From: Methanopyrus kandleri AV19
GTDB taxonomy: Archaea > JAADCQ01 > Methanopyri > Methanopyrales > Methanopyraceae
Assembly (NCBI RefSeq): GCF_000007185.1
Contig: NC_003551.1
Span: forward strand, 660,001-692,000
Reading direction: 5' to 3'
Length of the DNA stretch: 32,000 nt
Shown: piece after piece, positions 14,687 to 22,946 of the stretch
Layout of the letters: every line of letters begins with the position of its first letter
Numbering within the stretch: position 1 is the stretch's first letter
Translations under genes and position numbers: made by a program
Notes under the pieces: model-generated
The model's input: the letters and a program-made list of their open reading frames with translations, nothing else
Database searches by the model: none
Told to the model about the DNA's origin: nothing

Positions 14687-14960
14687 ATCCCCCGGCTGTT
14701 TCCCCAAGAAGTGGGAGTCCATGATCGGCCACCCGTAGCCGCTCCAGCCTGTGTTATATAATTGTGATTCGAGGAACATTAAGCCAATTTTATAGTGTAT
14801 AATTAGGATTAAAGAACAGCTTCTGTCCCCTAACGACTTATGTTTACAACGCTTGTTGATTTCATGATCTCTTAACCTACTAGACACTTCTTTGACGGAA
14901 ATATCATCACCAATATGATGCATCATTACACTATAATGAAGATGTAACAATCGGATAGGC

Positions 14961-15017
14961 TAACTGGAAACCCGTAATAAAACCGATCGCAAACTGGCGG
15001 TGGGCAAAGATAACTGG
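14961..15017. repeat. Three direct copies of the heptamer WAACTGG (TAACTGG, AAACTGG, TAACTGG)
   Basis: Copies lie at 14961..14967, 14991..14997 and 15011..15017, with start-to-start spacing of 30 and 20 nt. They sit in the non-coding stretch downstream of aspS. Confidence 0.4.
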
Positions 15018-15104
15018 GGCACGTGGACGCGAGAAACATTACGGAGCCCGGGAGGAACAGCGCGAGTCTGAGACGGCAACCGTCGCGGATCACCGCACCC
15101 CACC

Positions 15105-16409
15105 TCACGGGTGCAGGCGTTTGCGGTCCCGCGGGAACAGGGTTACCTCACGGATGTTCTCGGCGCCCGTGATGGTCATCAGGGTGCGCTCCAGTCCGAG
15201 ACCCCACCCGCCGTGCGGTGGCATACCGTACTTGAAGGCCTCCAGGTAGTGCCGGAAGTCCTCGGGGCTCAGCCCCTGCTCTTCGATCTGCCGGACGAGC
15301 ACGTCGTAACGGTGTTCCCGCTGGGCCCCGGAGGCGAGCTCCAATCCCTGATACATCAGGTCGAACGCCGTCGTCACCTCGTCGTCCTTGGCCATCGTGT
15401 AGAAGGGTCTGGTCTCCCTAGGCCATTCGGTGATGAAGAACGGCTCCTCAAAGATCTCCCCTAGCTTGCGCTCGGCCTCGGTAGGTAGGTCCTCGCCCCA
15501 CTCGACCTCGATACCGTGCTCGGACAGCAGGTCTAGGGTCTCCTCGTACGTTATACGCTCGAACGGTGTCTCCAGCTCCGGTAGCTCCCGATCCAATGCC
15601 TCAAGCTCCTTCTCACATTCCTCCCGCACCTTCCGGAAGACGTGCGCCAGGAGCTCCTCGAGTACCCGCATCACGTCCTCCTCGCTCTCTATGAACGACA
15701 TCTCGATGTCCACGGAGATGGCCTCGTTGAGGTGTCGCCGCGTGTTGTGCTCCTCCGCGCGGAAGATGGGCCCGATCTCGTAAACGCGCTCGAAGCCCGC
15801 GGCCATGAGCATCTGCTTGTAAAGCTGTGGGCTCTGCGCCAGGTACGCATCCCTCTCGAAGTACACCACCGGGAACAGCTCGGTACCACCTTCCGTCGCC
15901 GAGGCGATTATCTTCGGCGTGTGAACTTCGATGAACCCGCGCTCCTCGAGGAACTCCCGGATCGCGGTGGTCACCACGTTCCTGATCTTGAAGATCGCCT
16001 GGGGTTCCTCGCGACGGAGATCCAGTACCCGTGCGTCGAGTCTGGTATCGAGGTCCGCGTCTACCTTACCGGTCGGGTCCAGGGGCAGGTGCGTGTCCGA
16101 CTCCGAGAGTACCTCGATACGTTGCGGGATGACCTCGACGCCTCCCGGAGCCTTCTCGTTCGCCTGGACCGTACCCTCGACACGGATTACCGATTCCTTA
16201 GTGAGCTTCGGCACCTTCTCGAACGTTTCCTTCGGTACCTTCTGCTTGGGAAGCGTCAGCTGTACGATCCCCGTACGATCGCGCAGGAGGACGAACTTGA
16301 TCCCTCCTAGGTCCCTTACCTCGTGCACCCATCCCGCCAGTCTCACCTCCTCTCCGTCCCGCTCGGGAGTGACGTCGGCCGTGTACGCGTCCTTGAGCAC
16401 CTTCCACAC
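15105..16409 (-). CDS. aspS: Aspartyl-tRNA synthetase, archaeal/eukaryal type (434 aa)
   Basis: N-terminal OB-fold region ([26 protein letters not shown]). Class II motifs [14 protein letters not shown] and [15 protein letters not shown] start at 16409. Confidence 0.92.
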   Translation of the reverse strand: MWKVLKDAYTADVTPERDGEEVRLAGWVHEVRDLGGIKFVLLRDRTGIVQLTLPKQKVPKETFEKVPKLTKESVIRVEGTVQANEKAPGGVEVIPQRIEVLSESDTHLPLDPTGKVDADLDTRLDARVLDLRREEPQAIFKIRNVVTTAIREFLEERGFIEVHTPKIIASATEGGTELFPVVYFERDAYLAQSPQLYKQMLMAAGFERVYEIGPIFRAEEHNTRRHLNEAISVDIEMSFIESEEDVMRVLEELLAHVFRKVREECEKELEALDRELPELETPFERITYEETLDLLSEHGIEVEWGEDLPTEAERKLGEIFEEPFFITEWPRETRPFYTMAKDDEVTTAFDLMYQGLELASGAQREHRYDVLVRQIEEQGLSPEDFRHYLEAFKYGMPPHGGWGLGLERTLMTITGAENIREVTLFPRDRKRLHP

Positions 16410-16443
16410 CCCCGTCCGCGCACGTGGCTGCCCTTAAGAACCC

Positions 16444-17739
16444 TCAGGACCTGCGCGCCCTCACCGCCTCCGCGTGGTTCGGTAGGCCCTCACGCTCGGC
16501 CAGCTCCTCGACGATCGGAGCCAGACGCTCCACGTCCCCCTCCCGTAACCGCTGGATCGGGATGATCTTCACGAAGTCCCACGTACCTAGGGCCCCCCTG
16601 GCCCGTGCGAACCCGCCGGTCGGCAGCACGTGGTTGGGGCCCGTGGCGTAGTCCCCGAAGGGTACCGCGGTCAGGTGGCCCACGAAGACGGCGCCCGCGT
16701 TCTCCACGTCCTGTAACAGCTCTTCCGGGTTCTCCACGCACAGCTGTAGGTGTTCCGGGGCGTACCGATTGGCCAGTCGGACGCACTCCTCCAGCGAGTC
16801 GAGCACGACTATCCATCCGTTCCTGTCGAGCGCCTTCAGGACGATCTCCTCCCGCTCTATTCCCGCGTCCAGCAGCTCCTCGACACGCTCCTTCACCGCA
16901 CGGGCTATCTCCTCCGAGTCGGTGGCCAGTACCGCCGCGGCGTGGGGATCGTGTTCCGCTTGGGCGATGAGGTCCCGCGCCAGCCAGTCCGGGTTGGCCG
17001 AGTCGTCCGCGATCACGAACACCTCGGAGGGACCCGCCGGCATGTCCACGTCGGTTAGCCCTCTGGAGTATGCCAGGAGCTTAGCCGCGGTCACGTAGAC
17101 GTTCCCGGGACCCACGATCTTATCGACCCGGAGCACGGTCTCGGTTCCCGCGGCCAGCGCCGCGATGGCCTGCGCGCCGCCGACACGATAAACGGCATCC
17201 GCGCCGGCTATCTCGACCGCCACCAGCACCTCCGGCGAGGCCCGCACGTCGTTATCCGCGGGAGGTGTACACACGACCACCTCGCGACATCCCGCGACGC
17301 GTGCCGGTATCACGGTCATGAGGGCCGTTGACGGGTAGGCCGCGCGCCCACCGGGCACGTAGCACCCTACCCTCGGGATGGGTCGGAGCGTGAGACCGCA
17401 CTCCGTCCCCTCCACGTCGAAGGTGATCCTGTCCACGCGGGGTAGGGTCTTCCTGTGGAACTCCTCGATGCGGTGGGCCGCCTCCTCGAGGGCCTCCACG
17501 GTACGCTCGTCCACGAGCTCGCGGGCGACCTCGAAATCGTCCTCGGATACCCGGAGGTCCTCGGCTTCCAGCTTCACCCCGTCGAACCGTTCGGTGTACT
17601 CCAGTAGCGCCTCGTCACCGCGTTCGACTACGTCCTCGAAGATCCGCTCGACGTCGGGTAGGACCTCCGTCACGTCCATCTCCGACCTGCGTAGGACGCG
17701 TTCCAGCTCTTCCTCTTCAGGTCGCACCAGCAGCCTCAT
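16444..17739 (-). CDS. hisD: Histidinol dehydrogenase (431 aa)
   Basis: Motifs seen are ERGDEALLEYTERFDG, GGAQAIAALAAGTETV, VDKIVGPGNVYVTAAK and AQAEHDP. The track ORF extends to 17913, but that extension overlaps the upstream gene and is not protein-like. The ATG at 17739 gives MRLLVRPEEEELERV. Confidence 0.9.
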   Translation of the reverse strand: MRLLVRPEEEELERVLRRSEMDVTEVLPDVERIFEDVVERGDEALLEYTERFDGVKLEAEDLRVSEDDFEVARELVDERTVEALEEAAHRIEEFHRKTLPRVDRITFDVEGTECGLTLRPIPRVGCYVPGGRAAYPSTALMTVIPARVAGCREVVVCTPPADNDVRASPEVLVAVEIAGADAVYRVGGAQAIAALAAGTETVLRVDKIVGPGNVYVTAAKLLAYSRGLTDVDMPAGPSEVFVIADDSANPDWLARDLIAQAEHDPHAAAVLATDSEEIARAVKERVEELLDAGIEREEIVLKALDRNGWIVVLDSLEECVRLANRYAPEHLQLCVENPEELLQDVENAGAVFVGHLTAVPFGDYATGPNHVLPTGGFARARGALGTWDFVKIIPIQRLREGDVERLAPIVEELAEREGLPNHAEAVRARRS

Positions 17740-18481
17740 CGGCCAACACCCGCAGCCGCTCTCGGATGTGGTCCAGAACCCGGGCCAGCACGCGCCCGTT
17801 ATCGTACTCCCGGAGCACACCCTTCGCACGATCCGGGTCCATCCGCTCGTACTCCCGCGTGATCTTTCGGACGCAGCGTACGACGTTGTCAACGATGGTG
17901 ATATCGGCATCACGGGCCGTGCGGGAGAGCGGGTTCAGGTCGATGGCCACGACGGTCTTCCCGAGCTCCTTCAGGGCGCGGGTCCGGTCCCCGTCCTCCA
18001 GGGGTACCAGGACCACGTCCGCCCGATAGATCCCACGATCGTCGACCACGGCCCGATGCGAGGACAGGTTCGGGAGCCTGACAAGGTGCTCCGGGTCGGC
18101 GCCTAACACCCTGTCGGCACCGGCTTCCCTCAGGGTCTCGGCTATCTTCTCCACGCGATCTTCCGTCCGGTGGAATAGGTTCACCTCCAGCGGAGCGCCC
18201 GTGACCTCGGAGAGCTCTACGAGGTCCTCCGGGCATAGGGCGGCGGTGTTCCCGTTCACCGATATCACTGGGTGTTCGGCGAGCTTGAACGCGGCTGCCG
18301 CCGCCTTGATCGCCTCCCGTGCGGGTGGAATCGTCTTCTCGCCGATCAGGTAGTCGAACACCTCGCCCCTGCCCTGGGCGATCAGTCCTTGAGGCACCAC
18401 GTAGCCGTCCTCGAACCCCCGCACGAGGCGCTCACGGATCTTCAACGCCTCCGCCCTGGGGTGATCGGGTGGTATCTTCAC
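17717..18481 (-). CDS. Archaeal phosphopantothenate synthetase (4-phosphopantoate--beta-alanine ligase) (254 aa)
   Basis: Family-typical blocks are GLIAQGRGEVFDYLIGE, ISVNGNTAAL, VVLVPLEDGDRTRAL and DLNPLSRTARDADITIVDN. The GTG start forms a GTGA overlap with the coaBC stop. Confidence 0.8.
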   Translation of the reverse strand: MKIPPDHPRAEALKIRERLVRGFEDGYVVPQGLIAQGRGEVFDYLIGEKTIPPAREAIKAAAAAFKLAEHPVISVNGNTAALCPEDLVELSEVTGAPLEVNLFHRTEDRVEKIAETLREAGADRVLGADPEHLVRLPNLSSHRAVVDDRGIYRADVVLVPLEDGDRTRALKELGKTVVAIDLNPLSRTARDADITIVDNVVRCVRKITREYERMDPDRAKGVLREYDNGRVLARVLDHIRERLRVLADEAAGAT

Positions 18482-19608
18482 CCGCGGTCACCCCGGAGCA
18501 GTTTCGAGAGAGCGTCTACCAACTTCCTGGCCAGCTCCCGCTTGTCCCCTTTCACCCGCTCGATGACCTCGCCGTCTCCGTCCAATATCCACCACTCCGA
18601 TCCCTCGGCACCGGCGGTCTCCGGAGGATTGGCGACGACGAGCTCACACGGGACTTCGTCCAGAAGCCGTCGGGCCCCTTCCACCGGCTCGGGATCTAGC
18701 TTGAATGCCACCCTAACTCCGTCGAAATCCGGAAACACTTCCCGTACTATCTTCTCGGTAGGGATCAGACGGATCTCGTGCTCACGTCGCGAGTCCAGCT
18801 TCCCGTCGGCACGCTCCGCCGGTCGGAAGTCCGACGGTGCCGCCGCCATCACGATAGCGTCCACGTCGTCGATCCTCTTCACGACCTCCTCGAGCATTTC
18901 GCGGGTGGTTTCCACCTCCACACGCTCGTCCATCGGGGGCGGGTCCACTCGGAGCGGCCCATGGACGAACACGACCTCGGCCCCACGCGCACGGAGCTCG
19001 CGGCAGATCTCACACGCCGTCCGTCCCGAGCTCCGGTTGGTGATCACCCGGACATCGTCCAAGGGCTCCATCGTCGGCCCGCCGGTGACCAGGACCCTAA
19101 AGCCCGACAGCTCTCCCTCCACGGCCTCTACTATTTCCTCTATCGAGGCCAGTTTGGCCTTCCCTTCCTCGATTACAGGTCCCACGACGGTGACGCCCAT
19201 ATCCTCCAGCTGGCGTAGGATCTCCCGAGCCGGTGGCGACCGGTACATGTGCAGGGACATCGCGGGGGCGACGACTAATCGTTTTCCGGCCCCTAACGAT
19301 GTCACGGCCGTGAGGGGGACGGGGGCGTCAGCTACCCCGCGCGCGATCTTGGCGAGGGTGTTCAGCGTGGCCGGTACTACCGCCACCACGTCGGCCCACT
19401 CGGCCAGCTCTACGTGCTCCGCCCGTGATGTGAGCCGGAAGATGACCTCCTCGGCCGCGAACCCCAGTGCGTCCTTACCTACGAACCTCAGGGCCTCCTC
19501 CGATGCGACGACCCGGACGCGATGACCCCGACGTACCAGTTCCCGGCAAACGTCCGGGGCGCGATACGCGGCTACGCTACCCGTCACGCATACGACCACG
19601 TTAACCAA
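18478..19608 (-). CDS. coaBC: Bifunctional phosphopantothenoylcysteine decarboxylase / phosphopantothenate-cysteine ligase (376 aa)
   Basis: N-terminal flavoprotein block VCVTGSVAAYRAPDVCRELVRRGHRVRVV. C-terminal CoaB block VLVTGGPTMEPLDDVRVITNRSSGRTA. TTG start at 19608 (GTG three codons later is an alternative). Confidence 0.87.
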   Translation of the reverse strand: MVNVVVCVTGSVAAYRAPDVCRELVRRGHRVRVVASEEALRFVGKDALGFAAEEVIFRLTSRAEHVELAEWADVVAVVPATLNTLAKIARGVADAPVPLTAVTSLGAGKRLVVAPAMSLHMYRSPPAREILRQLEDMGVTVVGPVIEEGKAKLASIEEIVEAVEGELSGFRVLVTGGPTMEPLDDVRVITNRSSGRTACEICRELRARGAEVVFVHGPLRVDPPPMDERVEVETTREMLEEVVKRIDDVDAIVMAAAPSDFRPAERADGKLDSRREHEIRLIPTEKIVREVFPDFDGVRVAFKLDPEPVEGARRLLDEVPCELVVANPPETAGAEGSEWWILDGDGEVIERVKGDKRELARKLVDALSKLLRGDRG

Positions 19609-20227
19609 AGGTTACCTCCACCTCCATCCCCGTGAGCTCCTTCACGGCCTTCTCGAGCTCCTCGGTGTCCGCGGGCACGCGGTGCCGGTCCCGGTGATGG
19701 ATCACCGCCTTGTAACGCTCGCCGTCCGGCTCGTAGACTACGTTCACGCTGAGCAACCGAGCCGGTAGGATCAGATCCTGTATGAGTTTCCTCAATTGGC
19801 GTACGTCCTTGGGATCCTCTACTTCTTCCACGACGCGCACCTTCTTACCTAAGTGGTCCGACAGGGCCCTCGAGATCCTACCCCGCTTGCCGATGAGCTT
19901 CCCAGCCATCCCCTGTTTCGTCACCAGCACCACCAGGTTTCCCGTGTCTATGGTCCTCAGCAGCGCGACGTCTTCGAGCGACGGGTGGTCTTCCTTCAGT
20001 TCTACTAGCTTTTTGGACACTTCAACGTCGGTCTCCGTGATCTCTCCCTGTTCCAGTCTTTCCTCACAGCCCGGGCATAGAAGCCCGGTCTTCGCGCACA
20101 CTTCACAGATCGGTAACTCCAACTTCAAACCCCCGAGAATCAGGTTCGGGAGGCCGCCGTGGGAATCGTCCGTTAAAAAGTTGACCCGTAGGGCACCCGG
20201 TCCGTGTGGCGCGTTCCCGAAACTCAT
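19601..20227 (-). CDS. KH-domain RNA-binding protein with an N-terminal four-Cys zinc ribbon (NusA-like KH)
   Basis: CEVC...CPGC ribbon followed by the KH GXXG motif GKLIGKRGR. The first 33 codons from the ATG at 20227 look non-protein-like. The TTG at 20128 ([11 protein letters not shown]...) lies downstream of an AACTTTTTAAC element and a GGGGG SD-like run, so it is a plausible true start. Confidence 0.6.
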
Positions 20228-20260
20228 TTACCAGATCCACGGCACTGCGCACGGTCCAGC

Positions 20261-20270
20261 CCTATAATCA
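20261..20270 (+). promoter_or_regulatory. Candidate TATA box for albA (leaderless or near-leaderless transcript)
   Basis: CCTATAATCA, with TATAAT at 20263..20268, about 26 nt upstream of the albA ATG (20294). Confidence 0.35.
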
Positions 20271-20293
20271 GCGAGCTAGCGGGGGTACACACC

Positions 20294-20575
20294 ATGGCAG
20301 AGGAGGAGAACGTGGTATACGTCGGCAGTAAGCCCGTCATGAACTACGTTCTGGCCTGTATTACGCAGTTTAATGAGGGCGCCAACGAGGTCCGGATCAA
20401 GGCGCGTGGCCGTGCGATCAGCCGTGCAGTCGACGTCGCGGAGATCGTCAGGAACCGCTTCATGCCCGAGGTCGAGGTCAAGGACATTAAGATCGGTACC
20501 GAGGAGCTAGAGACGGAGGAGGGCGACACCGTCAACGTGTCTACGATCGAGATCGTGCTCGAGAAGCCCGTGTAA
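20294..20575 (+). CDS. albA: Chromatin protein Alba (Sso10b family), 93 aa
   Basis: [26 protein letters not shown]...[24 protein letters not shown] is the typical Alba signature. The track ORF start (20204) is an upstream extension. ATG at 20294. Confidence 0.92.
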
Positions 20576-22889
20576 TCGGGCTTTTTAACCCTGTCATTCT
20601 CCTCTCAGTCCTTCTAATTCTCACGCGAACCGGGACCGGTACCGGGAGCGCTACGCCCGGATGACTCTCAGATTCCCTCGATGGTGTCGCCACTCCGAGT
20701 CCGGGAGGAATGTACTCGGTGGGCCCCGATGACGGTGCCTGAGACGGTGTTCGGACTCTCCTCACCGTGGTCGTAGTCACGGCTTCTTCTCCCATCAACC
20801 AACCTAGAGCATCGGCGAAGAATACCTCGACGGTGTAGAAGCCGGAGCCCCCGGTTTTCACCCACACGTCTATCACCGGGGATATATCCCCCGATTTGAC
20901 TTCCACTCCCTCCAAGTCGCCCTCTACGACAGGGTGGTCGGGTTCCGATAACTTCACCAGTGCTGCTCCGACTACCTGGTTACGCCGGCTCACTACTATC
21001 ACTACGGAGAGTCCCTCTCTGATAGTTGGAAGGTTAGAGAGTTGTACTCGGTAGTGGACTTCCTCGCTGCTCGTGATAGTTGGTCCAGAGATGTTCACAG
21101 CGATCTTCAGCATCCTGTACCTCAGGGGGATGACCGGTAGGTATCCGCCGATTAATGTCAAGGACCGTAAGCACGCGATAGGAACCGACGGCAGCGCGAA
21201 CACACGTTGTTCGGTCCCTTGTTCAGTCTGGTATATCATTACCACCATCTTGCCGATGACGTACCCCTCGCCCGTGGGTACCCCGGGCGGTGTCATGGTT
21301 TTGCCTGTCGGTATCACTACGACTGATTTCACTCCCTCTGCGGTTATGGTTAATGTCGATGCCCACGGCTCCCATAGTCTGATATCGTTGAACTCGTCTG
21401 TGGGTAACACCACGTTGGGCACGAACTTCGGATCTCTAGCCCTAGTGTCGGATGTCCCGAGCACCCACAGGAGTTCCTCGCCGGATTTCCCTTCGGATTC
21501 TTTTTCCTCGGTCGTCCGGACTGCCACCGCGAGCACGCACGGTGTCGCGTATACAGTATCTCCTTCCCGTTCTACCGCTACGGGAATTGGGAACGATCGG
21601 ATGCCGTCACTCTCGACGACGTCCAACCAGAACATGGCCGAATCTTCCAGCCCCTTGATCCCTATCAGGGACACCGGCTTAGAGCCCTTCGGAACGATGG
21701 CTGCCGGCTTGTTCCTGATGCTCGCCAAGATCCTCGGGTTGGCGCATATCTCTAGGACGGCGGGTTGGCACCAGATCACATCGCCATCGAAGATTACCTC
21801 ATCCGTCGGCGAGGGGTTCAGGAGGTCCTTCAGATAAGAGATCGGGTCCCTTCCGTCCGTCCAAGCGGTCAGGAACACCACCGTGCCGTCACTCAAGGTA
21901 GTGTGGGCCAGTAGCAGATCTCCGATCGGAAGTGAGCAAGCTTCGTCGGACAACCTCGTGTGTGCGATGGGTAGGTATGTGTCGTCGACCGGCGAGTACC
22001 CGAGGAGGGTGAGATAAACGCCGCATTCCTTCCATTGCTTGGCGTACGCGACGGCTACCCAATTCGCCAGGATCCTCCGGTCCTTGAGTCGATACTCACA
22101 GTATCCAGGCACTTTCACGACGTCGGCGTCGAACGTGGTCACGTACTGGAAATCGCTGATGACGGACCCTGGGACGACTTCGAGGCTGAGGTTACTCGGA
22201 TCCACTCGGACGAGTGCGGAGTACAGGTCCGCACCGTACTCCTCGACTGGTTTCCCTTGCACGCTCACGGTGTACAACACCAGGAACAGGGGCCTCTCCA
22301 CGTTGCCGGAATATTCGTAGCCCACGTGCAAGACACGGATTCGGCCGACTTTTCCTGGGGCTCGGATTGCATACTTATTATCGGCTTCCAGCTCGGGCAC
22401 GTACAGGGCTTCACTTCCGGGTAGGTTCAAGTAAGTCACGAACGACAGACGGAACGCGTGCAGGAGGACGCCGTCGCTGCTCGGGCTTACGAAGAGGACG
22501 ATGCCGCCGTCATTAGAGGGGGCGTAAGCGGCGTCGGTGGGAGTTTCCCCCTGTACGGATTTCAGCTTACGAGCCCAACCGTTCCAGTTCACGAACCATA
22601 TGTCCGCGCCTGACTTGGTACTCGTCGCGACCAGGACGCCTTCCGCTTCCACCCCAGGTTGTACCTCCACGTGTTGTCTCGTCGTGACCTCACACGCGCA
22701 ACACACCTTGGCGCCGGTCAGCTTCACGTCTCCAGGGGTCGAGGTATCGAAGTGTGGGAAGTAGTCGGAGAACATCGTTCGTAGTTCTTCTCTCCACTGC
22801 TCGTACGGATCGCTCGGAGGTTCCAACGAGGCCACGGGCGCCGTCACGGCAAAAAACATTATAAGTACAGCGGGGACGAGGTGGTGCAC
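20541..22889 (-). CDS. Large secreted or surface hypothetical protein (782 aa)
   Basis: The GTG start at 22889 gives a signal-peptide-like [25 protein letters not shown]. The body looks beta-rich. The C-terminus is P/V-rich and then strongly basic ([16 protein letters not shown]...RASRARSRS). The last 35 nt overlap the albA 3' end. No family recognised. Confidence 0.6.
20578..20590 (+). terminator. Candidate oligo-T terminator after albA
   Basis: GGGCTTTTTAACC sits immediately after the TAA stop, with a T5 run at 20582..20586. It lies inside the 3' coding end of the convergent 782-aa ORF. Confidence 0.3.
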
Positions 22890-22946
22890 GGTTCGGGTTC
22901 CCCCGAAACTGGTTTCGGGAAAGCCGTAAGGTCGGGTGGTTAGGGA

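Noticed and set aside
14880-14935. Possible C/D-box sRNA: the minus strand has GTGATGA (C-box-like) and AATGATGC nearby
   Set aside because: No CUGA D or D' box lies at the required spacing (about 12 nt after C, or near the 3' end), and there is no C' box or terminal stem. The pattern is incomplete.
14669-14950. 93-aa minus-strand ORF in the AT-rich island, considered as a real gene
   Set aside because: I did not call it as a CDS. It has atypical AT-rich codon usage and no recognisable motif, and its 3' end runs through the predicted tRNA-Leu promoter. It is kept only as part of the AT-island finding, because a foreign small gene cannot be excluded without a search.
14556-15104. Integrated mobile element at tRNA-Leu
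   Set aside because: No integrase or other mobile-element gene is present. The AT-rich island lies on the 5' (promoter) side of the tRNA rather than at its 3' end. By eye I saw no direct repeat of the tRNA 3' segment in the window, although I could not do an exhaustive repeat search.
17740-17913. N-terminal extension of hisD in the track ORF (489 aa)
   Set aside because: The extension (MMPISPSLTTSYAASERSRG...CWP) overlaps the phosphopantothenate synthetase gene and is not protein-like. The ATG at 17739 gives a canonical HisD N-terminus.
18272-19525. 417-aa ORF on the + strand, antisense to coaBC
   Set aside because: The translation is S/T/R-rich and low-complexity with no motifs. The opposite strand encodes an unmistakable CoaBC.
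20204-20293. Upstream extensions of albA (from 20204) and of cdhD (29753..29797) in the track
   Set aside because: Longest-ORF artefacts. The internal ATGs at 20294 and 29798 give canonical N-termini ([11 protein letters not shown]..., MAEDKG...) and sensible coupling to neighbouring genes.
20633-20642. Perfect palindrome CCGGTACCGG
   Set aside because: It lies inside the coding sequence for the PVPVPV repeat of the 782-aa ORF and is explained by the repeated Pro-Val codons.
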